From positions 623-64,622 of the forward strand of contig JAURPH010000012.1 in the NCBI GenBank assembly GCA_030835345.1: a stretch of 64,000 nucleotides of DNA. The letters are read 5' to 3'. Shown here one piece after another: positions 53,614-63,847 of this stretch (position 1 is the first letter of the stretch; the number at the start of each line of letters is the position of its first letter). The position numbers and the translations under genes are program-made. A model generated the notes under the pieces. That model searched no databases and had not been told where the DNA came from. It saw only the letters and a list, made by a program, of their open reading frames with translations. The stretch comes from Thermodesulfobacteriota bacterium. Its GTDB lineage: Bacteria > Desulfobacterota_D > UBA1144.

Positions 53614-54600
53614 TTAGAATTGTTTTAAAAACTTTAAATCATTTTGATAGAAATATCTAATATCTGTTATTCCCAATTTAATCATAGCAAGTCTTTCTAT
53701 CCCCATTCCAAAAGCAAAGCCAGACACTTCGTTTAAATCATATTTAGCAAATTCAAAAACTTTTGGATTAACAATGCCACAACCTAAAACCTCCATCCAT
53801 TTTTTCTCTCCAGATTTATTAACCCATTCTATATCTAATTCGGCACTTGGCTCAGTAAATGGGAAATAGCTTGGTCTGAATCTTGTTTTAATATTGCTTC
53901 CAAAAAAGTCAGAGCAAAAACTACTCAAAATGCTTTTCAAATTTGAAAAGCTGATATCATTATTAACCAATAATCCTTCAACTTGGTGAAACATTGGAGT
54001 ATGTGTTACATCACTATCGCATCTATAGACTTTCCCTGGGGAAATAATTTTTATCGGTGGTTCATTATTCTCCATAATTCTTACTTGCATTGGTGATGTA
54101 TGAGTTCTCAAAACTTTTTCATCTTCAAGATAAAAGGTATCTTGCATATCTCTTGCTGGATGATCTTGCGGTATATTTAAAGCTTCGAAATTATAATAGT
54201 CATTTTCAATTTCAGGGCCTTCAACTATCTGAAAGCCATAACCTTCAAATATGTCTAATACCTCATCTAATATCTGAGTTATGGGATGAATTGAACCTAG
54301 ATTTGATTCTCTTTGAGGTAAAGTGATATCAATTTTTTCACTCTCTAATTTTTTATTAATTATTTCATTCTTTATAGATTTAAACTTTTCAGAAATTAAA
54401 GACTCTGCTTCTTTCTTTAGTGAATTTAATTTTGAACCAACTTCTTTTTTTTCTTCAACACTTAGATTCTTAATATTTGCAGCCAATTTGGTTATTTCGC
54501 CTTTTTTCCCCAAATAATTAGACTTTAAATTCATTAAATCATTTTCTGAATTTACTCTATTTAATTCAAGCTTAAGATTGTCAATTAAATTATTCGACAT
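53614..54600 (-). CDS. pheS: Phenylalanine--tRNA ligase alpha subunit
   Basis: HPARDMQDTFY, FRPSYFPFTEPS, GFAFGMGIERLAM motifs. Confidence 0.93.
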   Translation of the reverse strand: MSNNLIDNLKLELNRVNSENDLMNLKSNYLGKKGEITKLAANIKNLSVEEKKEVGSKLNSLKKEAESLISEKFKSIKNEIINKKLESEKIDITLPQRESNLGSIHPITQILDEVLDIFEGYGFQIVEGPEIENDYYNFEALNIPQDHPARDMQDTFYLEDEKVLRTHTSPMQVRIMENNEPPIKIISPGKVYRCDSDVTHTPMFHQVEGLLVNNDISFSNLKSILSSFCSDFFGSNIKTRFRPSYFPFTEPSAELDIEWVNKSGEKKWMEVLGCGIVNPKVFEFAKYDLNEVSGFAFGMGIERLAMIKLGITDIRYFYQNDLKFLKQF

Positions 54601-55471
54601 TTTTTGTTAACTTCCTTTTTGAAATTAAAAACATAATATAGGGTGCAAAAAATATTGAAGAATAAGTTCCAATTGCCACACCTATTATCATAATCAATGC
54701 AAAATCTTCAATTTGAGGGCCACCATAAAAAAACAAAGGCAATAAAACGATTAATACAGTTACTACGGTTAAAATAGTTCTTGATAAAGTTTGCTTTATG
54801 CTTGTATTTATTATCTCACTTGCAGAGCCCTTAACTATTATCAGATTTTCCCTAACTCTATCAAAAATAACAATCGTATCATTAACCGAATAGCCGATAA
54901 CAGTCAAAATAGCCGCAATAGTAGAGAGAGTTACCTCTATCTCAAGAAAAGCTATAAAAAATAAAGCTAATATAAAATCATGGAATAGTGCAGAAATCGC
55001 CGCAAATGCGAATCCAATGTTGAATCTGATAAAAACATATATCAAAATAGCAAAAGAACCATATAATATTGCCAATAAACCATTATTAACCAGCTCTTGT
55101 CCCACCTTAGGTCCGATATAGTCAATCTGTTTTATTGAAGGGCTTATCCCTGAATAATATTTATCCAACAATGAACTTATAGAATTCTTAATTTGATTAT
55201 TATCAAGGCTTTCTAAGTTATTAACAGGTATTTTTATAATATAATCTTCTTTGTCATAAGATTGTACAGTTGTTTTTCCTATATCTAATGAAGAAAGTCT
55301 TTTTCTAAAGCTTTCTAAATCTAAGTCTCCTTTGAATCCAATAACTAATTCAGTACCTCCAGAAAATTCCAATCCATACTTAAGATCAGTTTTTAAAACA
55401 TAATAGACAGATAATATTAAAAGAAGAGAAGATATTAATGCTGTTATTTTCATTGTTTTAAAGAAATTCAT
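54590..55471 (-). CDS. secF: Protein translocase subunit SecF
   Basis: GLEFSGGTE motif and a 6-TM layout. Follows secD. Confidence 0.88.
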   Translation of the reverse strand: MNFFKTMKITALISSLLLILSVYYVLKTDLKYGLEFSGGTELVIGFKGDLDLESFRKRLSSLDIGKTTVQSYDKEDYIIKIPVNNLESLDNNQIKNSISSLLDKYYSGISPSIKQIDYIGPKVGQELVNNGLLAILYGSFAILIYVFIRFNIGFAFAAISALFHDFILALFFIAFLEIEVTLSTIAAILTVIGYSVNDTIVIFDRVRENLIIVKGSASEIINTSIKQTLSRTILTVVTVLIVLLPLFFYGGPQIEDFALIMIIGVAIGTYSSIFFAPYIMFLISKRKLTKNVE

Positions 55472-55472
55472 A

Positions 55473-57044
55473 CTACTTTAATTCTCCTTTCGGCTTAATG
55501 AAAAAACTAGTTAGTACTCTAGTAAAAATTACATTAGAAAATATTGTAGAAAAAATTCCTATAGAGAGAGTTAATGCAAAGCCTTTTATAGGACCGTCTC
55601 CCAAAAGAAATAGGCAAAAAGAAGCTATTAAAGTTGTTATATTTGCATCCAAAATCGTCGAAAGAGATTTTTCGAAACCTACATCAATCGCAATAAGTCT
55701 CTCTTTTCCTTTTTCTATCTCTTCACGAATTCTTTCATAAATTATTATATTCCCATCAACCGCCATTCCTAAAGTTAAAACTAATCCAGCAATCCCTGGA
55801 AAAGTAAGTGTCACCCCAAACAATGATAGTAATCCAAAAATTGAAAAGATATTAAATATTAAAGCTAAGTCACAAACAACACCTAATTTTCTGTAATATG
55901 AAATCATAAAGATAAATATAAGTATGGAAGCAATAATCATAGAAATTTTACCCCTATCAACTGAATCTTCGCCTAAAGAGGGGCCAATGGTTTTTTCTTG
56001 TAATATATTAATAGGTATTGGTAAAGAACCGGATTTTAATACGATTGCCAGATCGTTTGCCTCTTCAAAAGTGTAATTTCCTGTTATAGAACCTCTGCCA
56101 AAGATTTGCTCTTGAACAACAGGAGCAGACTTAATTTTTCCATCAAGGATGATGGCAATCTTATTACCAATATTTTTCTTAGTCATATTTGAAAAAATAT
56201 CAGATCCGTTGGAATCAAAAGCAAAGGCTATATAAGGTCTATTCAATTCATCATAAGCAACAAAAGCATCATCAATTGATGTACCTTTTAATTCTGCAAT
56301 AGATGTTGTTATTATAAATTTTTTAACTTCATCAGATCTAACTGGTGCCTCATAAATCTGGAGATCATTCTCGATTCTATCTTGGCCAAACTTTGAAATT
56401 AATAGTTCTTTGGTAGTTGATTCTTGAATTACAGGTTTAAATTCGAGCAAAGCAGTTTTAGAAATTATATTTATAATTCTGTCTCTTTGACTCTCACCAA
56501 CTCCTGGTATTTGAACAATAATTCTATCGCCTGAAGCTAGTTGTATTGACGATTCTATAACTCCAAATTGGTCAATTCTATTATTTAGAATGTCTTTCAC
56601 TTGCCTTAAAAGCATATCTTTATTTTCTAAGAACAGATTGTCTTTAGGTAAAATTTGAATTTCTAATAAAGATTCTTCTTTTATTATTTCAAAATCGCCA
56701 CTTAATAAATCATTGGCTGCTTTAAGATTATTTTTGTCGAAAAATGAAACTACTATAATATTTTGCTCAATATTTATAGATCTAATCAGCACATCCTTAG
56801 CAATTAGCTTGTCTTTTATTCTTCTCTCTTCTTCCTTTAAAATAATTGGGTTAATTTTTGTCTCATCAACACCTAATACAATGAATATTCCACCTTTCAA
56901 GTCTAGCCCTAAGTTTATTGAATTTTGAGGGAAGAAGTATTTCCACCATTCTGGTAGCTTCTTCTCAAAATTGGGATATATAAAAATTGTTGATAATATT
57001 AATAAAACTAAACTTAAATATTTAAATAACTTAATTCTTTTCAT
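55473..57044 (-). CDS. secD: Protein translocase subunit SecD
   Basis: LGLDLKGGI motif, large periplasmic domain, C-terminal 5-TM block. Confidence 0.88.
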   Translation of the reverse strand: MKRIKLFKYLSLVLLILSTIFIYPNFEKKLPEWWKYFFPQNSINLGLDLKGGIFIVLGVDETKINPIILKEEERRIKDKLIAKDVLIRSINIEQNIIVVSFFDKNNLKAANDLLSGDFEIIKEESLLEIQILPKDNLFLENKDMLLRQVKDILNNRIDQFGVIESSIQLASGDRIIVQIPGVGESQRDRIINIISKTALLEFKPVIQESTTKELLISKFGQDRIENDLQIYEAPVRSDEVKKFIITTSIAELKGTSIDDAFVAYDELNRPYIAFAFDSNGSDIFSNMTKKNIGNKIAIILDGKIKSAPVVQEQIFGRGSITGNYTFEEANDLAIVLKSGSLPIPINILQEKTIGPSLGEDSVDRGKISMIIASILIFIFMISYYRKLGVVCDLALIFNIFSIFGLLSLFGVTLTFPGIAGLVLTLGMAVDGNIIIYERIREEIEKGKERLIAIDVGFEKSLSTILDANITTLIASFCLFLLGDGPIKGFALTLSIGIFSTIFSNVIFTRVLTSFFIKPKGELK

Positions 57045-57404
57045 TTATTTTTCATCTAATATCAAGGAATTAATAAATTCTCTTTTAATTTTAATTTGAA
57101 CTCCTTTTGAGATTTCGACAACTAACACATCCTTTTCAAGGACATCCACAACCTTACCAATTATACCACCATTAGTAATTACATTATCTCCTTTTTTGAG
57201 TGCTTTTAGCATATTATCTCTTTCTCTTTGCTGCTTATTCTGAGGGCGAATTATTAAGAAATAGAATAAAATTATAATAAGACCAAAGGGAAGGAAAGGA
57301 CCTACAGATGCTAAGAAACTTCCATCACTACCAGGGGGTGGTGCGCATGAAACCATAGTTAGTGTTATTAAAATTATAAAAATATTATTTTTTTTAAGAC
57401 TCAT
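57045..57404 (-). CDS. yajC: Preprotein translocase subunit YajC
   Basis: Single TM followed by RPQNKQQRE...LKKGDNVITNGGIIGKV. tgt-yajC-secD-secF order. Confidence 0.88.
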   Translation of the reverse strand: MSLKKNNIFIILITLTMVSCAPPPGSDGSFLASVGPFLPFGLIIILFYFLIIRPQNKQQRERDNMLKALKKGDNVITNGGIIGKVVDVLEKDVLVVEISKGVQIKIKREFINSLILDEK

Positions 57405-58503
57405 TTAAATACCTCTCTAAAAAATTTTTTTTAAACTCTCTAAAGTTACCATTATCAATCGAAAACCTTATAGAATCAATTAGTTTATTGTAAAAAAACA
57501 AATTGTGCTCAGTCATCATTTGAATCGAACTTATTTCTCCACATCTAAATAAATGTGAAATGTATGACAAACTATAATTTTTACATATAGAACATTCACA
57601 ATTTGGATCAATAGGTTCAGATGAATCTCTATACTTTGTATTTTTTATATTCAATTTTCCATTAAAAGAAAATAAAGTTCCATTTCTTGCATTTCTTGTA
57701 GGAACCACACAATCAAATATATCTATACCGTGCTCAACAGACTCTAGAATATCCTCTGGCTTTCCAATACCCATTGAATATCTTGGCTTATTTTTAGGCA
57801 ATAGTTTATCAAGATTTCTCGTTATTTCATAAGTTTTGCTTTGACCCTCGCCTAAGCCTAAACCACCTATAGCATAGCCATCAAAACCTATTTCAGTCAT
57901 ATGGGTTGCAGATAATTCCCTTAAATCATCATAAATTCCACCCTGCACTATTCCAAACAAGAGATTCTTAGTTTTTTTGGCATCTTTGCATCTTCTAGCC
58001 CACTCTTTAGTTCTATTAATTGACTTTAACAATAGTGAATATTCAGAGTCAGGATTTGGACAGTCATCAAAGATCATCATTATATCAGAGTTTAATTCTT
58101 CTTGAGTCTGTATTGAAAGCTCGGGAGTTATATCGTTCAAAGATCCATCAATATGAGATTTGATTAAAACCCCATTATCATGAATCTTAACTGATGATCC
58201 TAAGCTCCAAACTTGAAAACCACCACTATCAGTCAATATTGCATTGTTCCATTTACTAAATTCATGTAACCCGTTAAAGTTCTCTCTTATAAATGAACTA
58301 CCTGGTCTCAGAAATAAATGGTAAGCATTGCAAACCACCATCTCAAAGCCAATTTCTTTTAATTTTACAAAATCCAAGGCTTTTGGAGTTGCATTTGTAC
58401 AAACAGGCATGAATAACGGTGTAGTCAAATTTATTCTATTTAATTTTAATACCCCACATCTTGCACTTGAATTAGAATCTTGAGCTGTTATTTGAAATGA
58501 CAT
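57394..58503 (-). CDS. tgt: Queuine tRNA-ribosyltransferase
   Basis: LTDSGGFQV and zinc motif CECSICKNYS...H. Confidence 0.92.
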   Translation of the reverse strand: MSFQITAQDSNSSARCGVLKLNRINLTTPLFMPVCTNATPKALDFVKLKEIGFEMVVCNAYHLFLRPGSSFIRENFNGLHEFSKWNNAILTDSGGFQVWSLGSSVKIHDNGVLIKSHIDGSLNDITPELSIQTQEELNSDIMMIFDDCPNPDSEYSLLLKSINRTKEWARRCKDAKKTKNLLFGIVQGGIYDDLRELSATHMTEIGFDGYAIGGLGLGEGQSKTYEITRNLDKLLPKNKPRYSMGIGKPEDILESVEHGIDIFDCVVPTRNARNGTLFSFNGKLNIKNTKYRDSSEPIDPNCECSICKNYSLSYISHLFRCGEISSIQMMTEHNLFFYNKLIDSIRFSIDNGNFREFKKNFLERYLNES

Positions 58504-58509
58504 TTTTTA

Positions 58510-59301
58510 TTAGAGTAAATCTAAGACCGAATAAAAGCCAGGTCTTTTTTTAATTAATATAAGCCCCAACTCAACAGCTCCTTTAGCAAAGACTGATCGA
58601 TCTAGAGCTTCATGAGTTAATGTTATATTTTCAAAGTCTGAATATGAAATTAAAGAGTGTTCACCAACGGTGTTTCCACCTCTAACAACTGATATTCCAA
58701 CCTCATTTTTTTTACGCTTCAAATTATTCGATTTATTTCTATAATTTACAAAAGAATCTGGCCTCTTACCTCTTGTTTCACCTATTGCATTAGCCAATAA
58801 TAGTGCAGTACCACTCGGAGAATCAATTTTTTGATTATGATGCTTTTCAATTATCTCAAGATCCGTTTGATTGAAATATCCTGAATTCTCTTTAATAATT
58901 TTTAGAATTAAGTTTATGCCTAAACTCATATTGTAGGATTGAAGAACTGGAATCTTCTTAGATATTTTCTTTAATTCTAATATTTGCTTTGAACTAAATC
59001 CTGTAGTACCCGTGACATAAGGAGTTTTAAATTTCGCAGCAAGTTTAGCTAGTGTAATTGCAATATTTGGTTCACTAAAGTCTATAATATAATCAACATC
59101 AAAACTATTAGGTAGAACATTTACAACTGGATTATTTTTATGAGTAGAGGGATAAAGGTTGTCTCCAATTTTTTTATGACCTTTCCATTCTGAAGCAATT
59201 GAGATATATGTTTTACTATGTCCTCTAACATAATTAGATATCGCATATCCCATTCGACCAAAACAACCATTTAAAAGAAGAGTTTTTTTGTTTTTACTCA
59301 T
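58510..59301 (-). CDS. dapB: 4-hydroxy-tetrahydrodipicolinate reductase
   Basis: EKHHNQKIDSPSGTA motif. N-terminal GCFGRMG Rossmann motif. Confidence 0.88.
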   Translation of the reverse strand: MSKNKKTLLLNGCFGRMGYAISNYVRGHSKTYISIASEWKGHKKIGDNLYPSTHKNNPVVNVLPNSFDVDYIIDFSEPNIAITLAKLAAKFKTPYVTGTTGFSSKQILELKKISKKIPVLQSYNMSLGINLILKIIKENSGYFNQTDLEIIEKHHNQKIDSPSGTALLLANAIGETRGKRPDSFVNYRNKSNNLKRKKNEVGISVVRGGNTVGEHSLISYSDFENITLTHEALDRSVFAKGAVELGLILIKKRPGFYSVLDLL

Positions 59302-59354
59302 AAATAAAGGATAATACTCGGAATAGAGATTATTTCAAAGCTTAAGGAAATATT

Positions 59355-60215
59355 ATGATAGCGAAAAGCATGACTGGCTTCTCTGAACAGAATTTTATTT
59401 TTAAAAATATTAAATATTCTATTCAAATTAAGTCTGAGAATAGTAAAAATTTAGAGATATCAATTTCTGATGAATTGAATGACTATTATTTAAATGATTA
59501 TTTAAAAAAAGAAATTTCTAAATTTTTTTCACGTGGCAAAATCAGAATTTTTATAAGTACAGATTACCTTGATAACAATCTCATAAATTTTAAGGAAGTT
59601 GATAGTGCGATTAAACAATACTCTAAAATTTTATCTAAAAGAGATATTATTCTTAACATATCTTTAACTGAAATTAACAACTTATTTGAAAGGTATAAAG
59701 TCAAGTTAAGTAAAAATAAGTCTTTCAGGTTAGCAATGAAAAGGAATATTAAAAAATGCTGCATGAACTTAACTGAAAAACAAATTAAGGAAGGAGATAG
59801 AACTATAAATTTAATAAGTAAAAAATTATTAAGTATTAAAAAATTAAAGAATAATTTTCATATCAGATTCAAAAAATATTCACAAGCTTTAAAGAATAGA
59901 TACACTAATGAATTAAAAAAGTTAGATGGTCTTGAGCCCGTTGTAATAAAAAAAGAAATATCTGCATATATAGATAAAATTGATATCGAAGAAGAGATAA
60001 CAAGGCTAGATTCACATATTAAAATGCTGGATTCTATAATTAAAAAATCTAAAAAGAATGAAATTGGTATGACTATCGATTTTTATATGCAAGAAATAAA
60101 CAGAGAAGCAAATACTCTTTCATCTAAAAGTAAAGATCCACTTCTTTCCAATGATGCTATTAGTATTAAGGGCTTAGTTAATCAAATAAGAGAGTTATCC
60201 GCAAACATTACTTAA
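59355..60215 (+). CDS. yicC: YicC-family stress-induced protein
   Basis: MTGF N-terminus and C-terminal EINREANTLSSKS motif. Confidence 0.82.
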   Translation: MIAKSMTGFSEQNFIFKNIKYSIQIKSENSKNLEISISDELNDYYLNDYLKKEISKFFSRGKIRIFISTDYLDNNLINFKEVDSAIKQYSKILSKRDIILNISLTEINNLFERYKVKLSKNKSFRLAMKRNIKKCCMNLTEKQIKEGDRTINLISKKLLSIKKLKNNFHIRFKKYSQALKNRYTNELKKLDGLEPVVIKKEISAYIDKIDIEEEITRLDSHIKMLDSIIKKSKKNEIGMTIDFYMQEINREANTLSSKSKDPLLSNDAISIKGLVNQIRELSANIT

Positions 60216-60960
60216 GATTCTTTACATCAAAAACAGCTAGTTTTCTTCTTACAGTTTTCTCCTGATAAGTATAATCAAAAATCTTTCCACTGATACCATA
60301 AGCACTATCACTTGTTTTTTTTCTGTCTTTACTTGATTGACTAGATTTTATAATTCTATTCTCAGGCATTATAAAGTTTGGTCCTGCATAATATACAAAT
60401 GTTGCATTTTTTATATTGCTTCTGGATAAAAAACTTGTGATATTTTTGAGTATCTTATTTATCTCTCCAACAGCTCTGGCAACCAATATAACCTTAGAGC
60501 TCAAATCATTTGAGTCAAAAGCTTCTAACCTAGAATGCAAAGTTATAATTTTCTGATTATTTTTAAATTTCAAATTTTGCAATAAGATTTTTAAAAAATT
60601 GATTTTTTTTCTATTAGAATCTATAAAAATTAACTTGTTTGATTTTCCTATAGATTGATTATAAATTCTATAAGGGATAAGAGGGAAGCCTGCCCCGCAA
60701 CCAAAATCTATTATATCCAATATATAAAGTTCATCATTTTTATTTAGTTCTTCGAAAAATTTAAGTCCCATTATTGAATCCAAAAAATGTTTTAAAACAA
60801 TAGATTTCAAATCTCTTATTGAAGTTAAATTATATTTTTCATTTTCCTTGGAAAGAATTCTATAGTATTCAAAAAAATATTGGACCTGCAAATCATCAAG
60901 TTCAATGTTATTAATTTCTGTTATTTTTTTTAATTCGAGCACAAATTCCCTATGGGTCAT
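60208..60960 (-). CDS. rsmG: 16S rRNA (guanine527-N7)-methyltransferase
   Basis: SAM motif DFGCGAGFPLIP. The start at the MTHREF Met gives an ATGA overlap with the upstream MFS gene. Confidence 0.82.
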   Translation of the reverse strand: MTHREFVLELKKITEINNIELDDLQVQYFFEYYRILSKENEKYNLTSIRDLKSIVLKHFLDSIMGLKFFEELNKNDELYILDIIDFGCGAGFPLIPYRIYNQSIGKSNKLIFIDSNRKKINFLKILLQNLKFKNNQKIITLHSRLEAFDSNDLSSKVILVARAVGEINKILKNITSFLSRSNIKNATFVYYAGPNFIMPENRIIKSSQSSKDRKKTSDSAYGISGKIFDYTYQEKTVRRKLAVFDVKNLK

Positions 60961-62144
60961 CCTTTCCTCTCTTGCCATAAAATATATATTGCAAAAATTA
61001 AAATAAATAATGAACAAACTTGAAAACCAATGTTAAATCCAAATTCATGTATGAGGTATCCAAATAAAAAAGTCATCAAGTGAACACCAAGGCCAAATGT
61101 TGAATTTAATGCGCCAAACAACCTACCTGAGTTTTCAATGGAATTCTCTTTAATTAGTAGGGCAGATAAAAATGGATAAATTAATGCATACGATGATGAA
61201 AATAAAAAGGAAAAAATAATTATTCCTTCAACAGAGTTAACCGTCGGGAAAAAGAATATTAAAGAACTAAATGCTATTAACATAAGTAAAACTTTACTAA
61301 ATAAATTTTTCTCACTTATATAATTTGATAGAAAAAGCCTGAAGAAAGTTACAGTACAACTATATATTAGAAAGAAAAGTCCCGACTTTAAACCTTTTTC
61401 TTTTAAGAAAATTGCAACAAAATTCATTATTATTCCAAAACCAGATGAGGATAAGAAATTAGTTAACAGATACTTCCTTGAGTCTTGATCACTAATTATC
61501 TTAAAAAAATCAGAAAAGTTAATATCATCATTGTTTATTTTAGTAACTTTCAGATTACTAACATTAAATATAATTAGGAGAGCTATTACTGAAAATGAAG
61601 ATGAAAATATAAAAAAGTTAATAAAGCCATAATTGATTATGACTATCTCACCAAAAAAAGGTCCTACAAAATAAGGGAAAATAGTTGATGCAAAATAAAC
61701 AGAAAGACCTTGCTTTCTATTTCCCTTATCAAGATTGTCAGAAGCTATGGCAGAAGTAGAATTGAAAAAAACGGAAAATGATGCACCTTGGATAATTCTT
61801 AAAGCAAAAAGAAAATAAAAATTAGTTGTAATACAATACGCAGAGGAAGATATTATCATTAAAACCAATGCAACAATTCCTGACAATCTCTTTCCATATT
61901 GATCTATTAAGGTTGATGTTATAGGAGTCAAGAGAATCGATGAAATACCAAAAGATCCCATCAGCACACCAATTTGGAACTTATCATATTGTAAATTATC
62001 AAGAAAAAGTGGGAGCAAGAAGAAAGAAGAAAAATTTATAAAGAAAAAACAATTCGCTATTGTTGCAAAAATAAAATCTCTATTTAATCTAATCATATTA
62101 ATAAGTAATGATTGTAAACTAACTTTGACAAAAAGGGTCATCAT
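60957..62144 (-). CDS. MFS transporter
   Basis: 12-TM profile. 395 aa. Confidence 0.72.
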   Translation of the reverse strand: MMTLFVKVSLQSLLINMIRLNRDFIFATIANCFFFINFSSFFLLPLFLDNLQYDKFQIGVLMGSFGISSILLTPITSTLIDQYGKRLSGIVALVLMIISSSAYCITTNFYFLFALRIIQGASFSVFFNSTSAIASDNLDKGNRKQGLSVYFASTIFPYFVGPFFGEIVIINYGFINFFIFSSSFSVIALLIIFNVSNLKVTKINNDDINFSDFFKIISDQDSRKYLLTNFLSSSGFGIIMNFVAIFLKEKGLKSGLFFLIYSCTVTFFRLFLSNYISEKNLFSKVLLMLIAFSSLIFFFPTVNSVEGIIIFSFLFSSSYALIYPFLSALLIKENSIENSGRLFGALNSTFGLGVHLMTFLFGYLIHEFGFNIGFQVCSLFILIFAIYILWQERKG

Positions 62145-62168
62145 GATATATTCAACCCATTAAAGTGA

Positions 62169-62241
62169 GGGCCGTTAGCTCAGTTGGTAGAGCAACTCCC
62201 TTTTAAGGAGTGGGTCGCAGATTCGAGTTCTGCACGGCTCA
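62169..62241 (+). tRNA. tRNA-Lys (anticodon UUU)
   Basis: 73-nt cloverleaf. Acceptor GGGCCGT/ACGGCTC, anticodon arm ACTCC-CTTTTAA-GGAGT, T-loop TTCGAGT. Confidence 0.9.
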
Positions 62242-62248
62242 AGCGATG

Positions 62249-62323
62249 GTCCCCATCGTCTAGTCTGGCCTAGGACGCCGGGTTTTCATCCCGGTAACAG
62301 GGGTTCGAATCCCCTTGGGGACG
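62249..62323 (+). tRNA. tRNA-Glu (anticodon UUC)
   Basis: 75-nt cloverleaf. Acceptor GTCCCCA/TGGGGAC, anticodon arm CCGGG-TTTTCAT-CCCGG, T-loop TTCGAAT. Lies 7 nt after tRNA-Lys. Confidence 0.9.
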
Positions 62324-62344
62324 AATTTATAGGAGGGCAAGTTT

Positions 62345-62548
62345 ATGCCGAACGGAAAAGTAAAATGGTTCAATGCTAAGAAAGGATATGGTTTCATTGA
62401 ACCCGAAGATGGAAGCAAAGATGTTTTTGTTCACATCACCGCTCTTGAAGCAGCTGGTATTGACAACCTTAATGAAGGTGATTCAGTATCATTTGAAGTT
62501 GTTAGCGAGAGAGGAAAAGAAAAAGCTAGTGATCTAAAAACTTTATAA
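62345..62548 (+). CDS. cspA: Cold-shock protein (CspA family)
   Basis: [15 protein letters not shown] (RNP1) and VFVHITAL (RNP2). 67 aa. AGGAGG upstream. Confidence 0.93.
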   Translation: MPNGKVKWFNAKKGYGFIEPEDGSKDVFVHITALEAAGIDNLNEGDSVSFEVVSERGKEKASDLKTL

Positions 62549-62586
62549 AACAAGTAATTTCACAGAATTTTCACTAATATCATTTC

Positions 62587-62615
62587 AAACCCTAGTTCCA
62601 AACTAGGGTTTTTTT
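62587..62615 (+). terminator. Rho-independent terminator of cspA
   Basis: Stem CCCTAGTT / AACTAGGG with loop CCA, followed by TTTTTTT. Confidence 0.8.
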
Positions 62616-62764
62616 GTTGACATGAAAGTTTTCATTACTAGATTATAGTAATGAATCAAGTTAATAACAAAAATGTCAAATCATCTAAATATATATATTC
62701 AAAAAAACTGAATAAAGCTTAGAAATATTTAAAGAATATAAGCAAAAAAGAAAAATACAGTAAA

Positions 62765-63709
62765 TTAAGCAATTTTCATAAGATTATTCTTAATATCTTC
62801 TAATGTATTTGGCAAACTAAACAAATCATAGACCTGGTGCGAAAAAATCTTTTCAAAATGGCTTGAATAAACTGAGGATTTTTTACCATTAATTATTATT
62901 TCAAAGCTATTTCCCAACCCTTTTCTTATTTTTTTCATTTCATCAATAACAATTGGATCATCTAAAGGAAAAAGAATGCTAGACAGCAAAGCAACACACT
63001 TTGAACTTTTAGCAGCTTCGACTATGTCACCTGAATCAAGATCAACACCAAGATAAATTGGATTCCAACCTGTAGAAACAGCAATACATGCATTTACAAG
63101 GCACCCAAGCTCAGCTTTTTGTCCTTTTGGTGTAGCTATTAGTACTGAGGGACTTTCAGGATTATGACTCTTAAATGATGACCTATAGTTTTCAAGATAA
63201 TTTCTAATAACTGCATTAGCAAATCTTTCTTGAGATTTGGAAATCTTATTATTTTTCCACAATCTACCAATATGCTTAATAAACGGAACCATAAACTTAT
63301 GAATTACATAAACTGCTCCTAATTCTAAAGCAACATCATAAATAGCTTTTTCTAATTTTGTTAAATTATATTGTTCAAGAGCATCTAAGCAGTGATTAAA
63401 GTATGGCCTGGTAGAAGAAGTGAGCTGTTCTAATTCAGGGTAATTAACTTTATTTTTTTTAGCACCTATATCATTTAATAGTTTCTTTAAATCAACAATA
63501 TTATAATTGCCTATCTCCTGAAGAGTGAATCCAATTTTTTTTGCCTCAACCATTAGCTGTAAAACTTCAAGGTCTCTATCATTAAACCTTCGGCTTCCTC
63601 TATCTGATCTTGATATCTTTAGAATTGGGTAACGTTCCTCCCATTTTCTAATCTGATCTGAGGATAAACCTGTAATTTTGCTAACTACTCTTATTGGATA
63701 TTCTTTCAT
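62765..63709 (-). CDS. MerR-family regulator with CarH/LitR-like B12-binding-type C-terminal domain (ligand histidines absent)
   Basis: N-terminal MerR HTH (YPIRVVSKITGLSSDQIRKWEERY). W-x9-E-R in place of W-x9-E-H. GQKAELG in place of the E/D-x-H-x-x-G motif. SxL retained (SSIL). Confidence 0.7.
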   Translation of the reverse strand: MKEYPIRVVSKITGLSSDQIRKWEERYPILKISRSDRGSRRFNDRDLEVLQLMVEAKKIGFTLQEIGNYNIVDLKKLLNDIGAKKNKVNYPELEQLTSSTRPYFNHCLDALEQYNLTKLEKAIYDVALELGAVYVIHKFMVPFIKHIGRLWKNNKISKSQERFANAVIRNYLENYRSSFKSHNPESPSVLIATPKGQKAELGCLVNACIAVSTGWNPIYLGVDLDSGDIVEAAKSSKCVALLSSILFPLDDPIVIDEMKKIRKGLGNSFEIIINGKKSSVYSSHFEKIFSHQVYDLFSLPNTLEDIKNNLMKIA

Positions 63710-63743
63710 ATAACCTTCCTTTTATACTAATATCACATAGTTG

Positions 63744-63771
63744 TGTCGAATGTCAACCTTTATCTGTCGAA
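63744..63771. promoter_or_regulatory. Candidate operator: TGTCGAA heptamers 21 bp apart, overlapping a TTGACA -35 box for the MerR-like gene
   Basis: TGTCGAA at 63744-63750 and 63765-63771, with TGTCAAC between them. On the minus strand, TTGACA is followed by a 16-17 nt spacer and GATATT/ATATTA upstream of the regulator ATG. Confidence 0.35.
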
Positions 63772-63798
63772 GTTTTTATCTTAATTTAGAAAAAAAAC

Positions 63799-63827
63799 TG
63801 GACAAAGCTATAGACATTAGCTAATAT
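63799..63827 (+). promoter_or_regulatory. Candidate sigma70-type promoter for the downstream + strand gene
   Basis: TGGACA, a 17-nt spacer, then TAATAT. GAGGTG Shine-Dalgarno at 63835-63840 precedes the ATG at 63848. Confidence 0.35.
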
Positions 63828-63847
63828 CAATATTGAGGTGATTAATT

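Noticed and set aside
62616-62764. Two overlapping short hairpins (ATGAAAGTTTTCAT at 62622-62635; CATTACTA-gatta-TAGTAATG at 62633-62653) and a 23-codon ORF after the cspA terminator.
   Set aside because: The stems are AT-only and weak, with no T-run for the minus-strand gene. They are probably chance structures in AT-rich spacer DNA, or at most a weak terminator for the MerR-like gene.
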